Positions 47,800 to 51,141 of a stretch of 51,141 nucleotides of DNA are shown here, piece by piece. The stretch spans positions 1 through 51,141 of the forward strand of contig JALIDQ010000001.1 in the NCBI GenBank assembly GCA_022865275.1, given 5' to 3'. The notes below the pieces were generated by a model. That model did no database searches and had not been told where the DNA came from. It saw nothing but the letters and a program-made list of their open reading frames with translations. Position numbers and translations under genes: made by a program. Origin of the DNA: Candidatus Nanohalarchaeota archaeon QJJ-9. Lineage in GTDB: Archaea > Nanohalarchaeota > Nanosalinia > Nanosalinales > Nanoanaerosalinaceae. Position 1 is the stretch's first letter. Each line of letters starts with the position of its first letter.

Positions 47800-49506
47800 A
47801 TGGATTTTGATATCTCTAAGATGCTTTTGGTTTCAGCGATATTAGTGTTTCTATGCTCCAGTGCAGCTGCTTTTGCAGGCGGTGACGGCTCCTCTTCTGA
47901 TCCCTATGAGATTTCTAACTGTACAGAACTCCAGGATATGCAGAACGATTTAGATGCTCATTATGAGTTGGTGGATGATGTTAACTGTTCTAATACTTCT
48001 AGTTGGAACGGTGGCTCCGGATTCAACCCTATAGGTAGTAGTGGCAGTCGGTTCTACGGTTCTTTGAATGGGCAAAACCACATCGTTGACCAGCTATATA
48101 TTAACCGCGGCCACGACCATGTTGGGCTTATTGGATACACTCAGTATTGCGAGGTTAAAAATATCGGTTTGACGAATGTAGATATTACCGGCAAAGGTGA
48201 TACAGGTGGTGCTTTGGGAGTGAATAATAGGGGCACTATTTCTAACATTTACACCACAGGCAATGTAGTCGGCGAACATCGGGTGGGTGGTTTGGTCGGA
48301 ACCATCTACGGTAGTGGTGTTTATTCTAGTTTTTCTACGGGTAGTGTTTCCGGCGACTCTAGTGTGGGTGGTTTGGTCGGACAAAACAGCGGCAGTGTTT
48401 CTGATAGTTATGCGGTGGGTAGTTTGGTTGGATACAATGATGGAGGTAGTGTTGATGGTTCTGCTTTGTCTACTTCTGAGATGCAGGGTTCGGCTGCTGA
48501 AAGTAATATGAGTAGTTTGGATTTCACCAGTAAGTGGACTACAGTTTTATCTTCTGATTCTGATGCGACTTCGGATGGTTATCCGATTCTCCAGGGCTCG
48601 GATAGGCAGAGTCAGCTTGAGGCGCAGGGTATTTATACTGTACCGGATTCTTCTTCTCCTGTTTTTTCTGGTGTTTATGATGATTCTGGTGGGTCTGTGT
48701 TTGTAGGGGCGGTTGTTAATGTTTCTGTGTATTGGGAGGATTCTGTTTCTAATCTTTCGGAAGGATTTTTCAAGCATAATGGTTCGGGTTCTTGGTCTGT
48801 CTCGGATTCTGTTTCTTTTAACGGTACGAATGAGTCTTGGTATAATGTTTCTATTAATACTTCGGATCTTGGTGGTAGGACTTTGTGTTGGGTTCAGGAG
48901 GTGAATGATACGGTTGGGAATATGGATAGTTCGATGGATGTATCTGAGAATTGTTTTGATGTTAGGGAATATGGTTCTACTATTTCGATTTTGGGTGAGG
49001 AGCCTGTTGGTGGTTCTGTTGTGGACAGCGATACAGAAATTTCTGTTGAGGTCTTTGATAGTCAGGCTTCTACTTTAGATGTGTGGTTTTTTGATGGTTC
49101 TGGGGGTTTTTTGGGTTCTGATTTGGGTGTTGTGAATGGTTCTCGAGCTTCTTGGTTTTGGGATGGTTTGGAGGGTAATTCTTCCTATAGCTGGTTTGTG
49201 AATGTTTCGAATGGTAAAGGTAATTATACTTCTGAGGTTTTTGGTTTTGAGACTGGTTTGGGGGTTGAGTTGTCTTTTGAGGATGTTTCGGATCGTGAGT
49301 CTGGTTTTAATGTGTATAGTAATGCTTCGGGTTCTTGGGAGAGGGTTCATAGTTTTGAGTCTCAGAATGTTGGTGGTACTGGGCGGAGGTCTGTTAGTTT
49401 TATTGATGAGACTTTGTCTGAGGAGAAATATGCGTGTTATAGTGTTGCTGCGTTTAATGGGGCTGGTGAGTCTGGGCGGTCGCAGGAGGCGTGTTTGAGT
49501 CCTTAA
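47800..49506 (+). CDS. Secreted GLUG-motif adhesin-like protein with a C-terminal module shared with 25468-29574
   Basis: Signal peptide MDFDISKMLLVSAILVFLCSSAAAFA. GLUG-type repeats RVGGLVGTIYG, SSVGGLVGQNSG and VGSLVGYNDG. The C-terminal 170 aa are homologous to the giant protein C-terminus. The track start at 47665 reads through the att copy and is rejected. Confidence 0.8.
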   Translation: MDFDISKMLLVSAILVFLCSSAAAFAGGDGSSSDPYEISNCTELQDMQNDLDAHYELVDDVNCSNTSSWNGGSGFNPIGSSGSRFYGSLNGQNHIVDQLYINRGHDHVGLIGYTQYCEVKNIGLTNVDITGKGDTGGALGVNNRGTISNIYTTGNVVGEHRVGGLVGTIYGSGVYSSFSTGSVSGDSSVGGLVGQNSGSVSDSYAVGSLVGYNDGGSVDGSALSTSEMQGSAAESNMSSLDFTSKWTTVLSSDSDATSDGYPILQGSDRQSQLEAQGIYTVPDSSSPVFSGVYDDSGGSVFVGAVVNVSVYWEDSVSNLSEGFFKHNGSGSWSVSDSVSFNGTNESWYNVSINTSDLGGRTLCWVQEVNDTVGNMDSSMDVSENCFDVREYGSTISILGEEPVGGSVVDSDTEISVEVFDSQASTLDVWFFDGSGGFLGSDLGVVNGSRASWFWDGLEGNSSYSWFVNVSNGKGNYTSEVFGFETGLGVELSFEDVSDRESGFNVYSNASGSWERVHSFESQNVGGTGRRSVSFIDETLSEEKYACYSVAAFNGAGESGRSQEACLSP

Positions 49507-49537
49507 CTGTCTTTTGGTGGAAGAGATCAGAGTTTTT

Positions 49538-50164
49538 CTACGGTTCTAGCAGGTTAACCACGCCTTTAAAGTGTTTGTTGCTTTCCTCTCCTTCCTGCTC
49601 TTCTAGAGGCTTCATCGCGTCTATTGCTTTGTCCAGCTGTTTTATGTAGTCTCTTACTGACGGAGAGACGTCGTACTCCCACCGCTTGTCCTTTACGATT
49701 TTCTGTCTTATCTCTGTGGAGGAGAGTGTTATCTCCCATCCTTGTTCTCTCATTTTTTTGTATGGTTTTTCGACTTCTCTGGGCTGGTATATCACGCCTA
49801 TGTCTATGCCTGAGGTTTTGTATAGCTGTTTTGCTGTTTCTGCTATGTTTTTCCATTTCTTTTCTCTTGTGAAGTAGGTGAAGCTTCCTCCCAGTCTTTT
49901 CAACGCGTCTTTCTGGAAGGGGTTGTCTGCTATGATAGGTTCTACTCGGTAGTTTTCTGTTTTGTAGTCTTTGAATGCGAGTTCTATCATTTTTTCTTTT
50001 TCTTCTCCTGTGAACGGGTTTTTGGGTGTTCTTTCGTGGTTGTCCTGTGTTATCACGTATACCTGGTCCGCGCCGTATTCCTCTGCGAAGTATTTTACCA
50101 TTGAGCCGTGCTGGTTTCCGAACGGTGCGAATCTCCCTGAGGTTGCTATTATTTTTTCTGTCAT
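49538..50164 (-). CDS. Cytidylyltransferase-fold nucleotidyltransferase (NMN adenylyltransferase-like)
   Basis: TSGRFAPFGNQHG (a degenerate GRFxPxHxGH motif) and LSSTEIRQKI (ISSTxIR-like motif). Confidence 0.55.
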   Translation of the reverse strand: MTEKIIATSGRFAPFGNQHGSMVKYFAEEYGADQVYVITQDNHERTPKNPFTGEEKEKMIELAFKDYKTENYRVEPIIADNPFQKDALKRLGGSFTYFTREKKWKNIAETAKQLYKTSGIDIGVIYQPREVEKPYKKMREQGWEITLSSTEIRQKIVKDKRWEYDVSPSVRDYIKQLDKAIDAMKPLEEQEGEESNKHFKGVVNLLEP

Positions 50165-50222
50165 TGGATGGAGTTTTGAATTGGAAATAATTAAAGTTTT
50201 AACTCCGTGAAGATAACACCTA

Positions 50223-50699
50223 TCAGATGAACATTCTTGTTTTTTCTCTGTATTTTTCGTATTTTTCTTTACCTACTTCTTCTGCTACTTCTTTTTCTTC
50301 CTTTAGGGATAGTTTGTAGTAGGTGTAGACCAGTGCTGGAAACAAGGCTGTAGTTAACAGGGTTGGCCAGCCTATGAACCATCCTGCGGCGATTAGAATG
50401 ATTCCTAGATACTGTGGATGCCTTGAGTGGCTGTATATTCCTGACCTAACAAATCCTTCTCTGTTGTAGATGGTGTACCATCCTAACGCGATTATTAACA
50501 TTCCTATCAAGGTTATTCCCGCACCTACTAGCATCCAAAGATCCATTCCAAAGTTCTGACCTAGCAAGGAAAAGTTTAAAAGGTAGTTCGGTGGTGTGGG
50601 GTTGATGGGAGAAAGTGCGGTGGAGGATAGGTAGACTGTCAACGGAATACCGTACATCTCTATGAAGAGTGAGGCGATAAATGCTGCGTAGATTCCCAT
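50223..50699 (-). CDS. ICMT/PEMT-family membrane methyltransferase
   Basis: GIYSHSRHPQYLGIILIAAGW signature and 4-5 TM helices. Confidence 0.75.
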   Translation of the reverse strand: MGIYAAFIASLFIEMYGIPLTVYLSSTALSPINPTPPNYLLNFSLLGQNFGMDLWMLVGAGITLIGMLIIALGWYTIYNREGFVRSGIYSHSRHPQYLGIILIAAGWFIGWPTLLTTALFPALVYTYYKLSLKEEKEVAEEVGKEKYEKYREKTRMFI

Positions 50700-50727
50700 G
50701 GACTCCCAGCTAACCTTTCTACGGTAG

Positions 50728-51120
50728 TTGAGCGGGATTAGGAAGGCTAGGATAACTATCTTGAAGAAGATGGGAGTTCCTGAATCCAGTATAGATAAGC
50801 GTGTAGGGCATATTCCTGGGTCGGATACTACACGGGATTATACGAGGCTGGATGACTCTGATGCAAATAATAACTATGCGGAGGCATATGGAAAGGAGAC
50901 TGAAAACGAGGTAAAGGATTTGCAGCCTTTGAAATGTACGGATTGTGGCTTGGTTAACCCAGGGTTTAGAGATCGATGTTTGGAATGTAATAGTCATTTG
51001 GATATTTCTGAGATTGAGGATGTGGATGAGAAGCGTGATGAGCTGCGTGAACTAGTTGAGGATGTGATTGAGGAGGAGGGATTGATGGATGACTTGTTAG
51101 AAAGGGTGGGGAATGCTTGA
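50728..51120 (+). CDS. Tyrosine-recombinase C-terminal remnant fused to a zinc ribbon and acidic tail
   Basis: GVPESSIDKRVGHIPGSDTTRDYTRL resembles the final HxxxxxxxxY box of phage-type integrases, but a TAG lies directly upstream of codon 1 and the rest of the catalytic domain is absent. This is followed by CTDCGLVNPGFRDRCLECNSH. ATG 50770 is an alternative start. Confidence 0.4.
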   Translation: MSGIRKARITILKKMGVPESSIDKRVGHIPGSDTTRDYTRLDDSDANNNYAEAYGKETENEVKDLQPLKCTDCGLVNPGFRDRCLECNSHLDISEIEDVDEKRDELRELVEDVIEEEGLMDDLLERVGNA

Positions 51121-51141
51121 AAGCTGTGTTTGACAGGTATA

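Overview
Archaeal chromosomal segment of 51,141 nt, densely coded on both strands, with GGAGG/AGGTG ribosome-binding motifs and many overlapping stop/start junctions. Housekeeping content: thermosome, RFC large and small subunits, class I lysyl-tRNA synthetase, archaeal-type tryptophanyl-tRNA synthetase, ribosomal protein eL40, NucS, family-4 UDG, dTMP kinase, Fap7-like kinase, HtpX, an m5C RNA methyltransferase, a stand-alone 5S rRNA, and seven tRNA genes (Val, Ala, Ile, Thr, Pro, Tyr, Asp). Five of the tRNAs carry introns of about 21 to 111 nt. The very acidic proteins, detached 5S gene, intron-rich tRNAs and giant secreted LamG/DUF2341-type proteins fit a halophilic DPANN-type (Nanohaloarchaeota-like) archaeon, but that placement is inference only. 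Accessory content: (i) a 10.6-kb type IV pilus-like operon (8065-18687) with a FlaI/PilB-family ATPase, a two-gene platform protein and six proteins with class III (prepilin-type) signal peptides, two of them over 700 aa, plus a seventh pilin-like gene wedged between the RFC genes. (ii) Two adhesin-like genes (25468-29574 and 47800-49506) that share a C-terminal module and contain blocks of extreme sense-strand cytosine depletion. (iii) A tRNA-Asp integration hot spot where three att-like direct repeats bracket two cargo segments of about 1.6 kb (nucleotidyltransferase, AAA ATPase). (iv) Orphan tRNA-end fragments beside tRNA-Ala and tRNA-Tyr that share an element-type hairpin with the tRNA-Asp site, and a triplicated tRNA-Tyr 5' end. 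(v) An unassigned structured non-coding region of about 310 nt (36322-36635). Also present: a RelE/RHH toxin-antitoxin pair and a DUF5320-DUF134-permease-NifX-like cluster. I saw no CRISPR array, intact integrase or transposase. All calls come from reading the sequence and the ORF track by eye; no searches were run.
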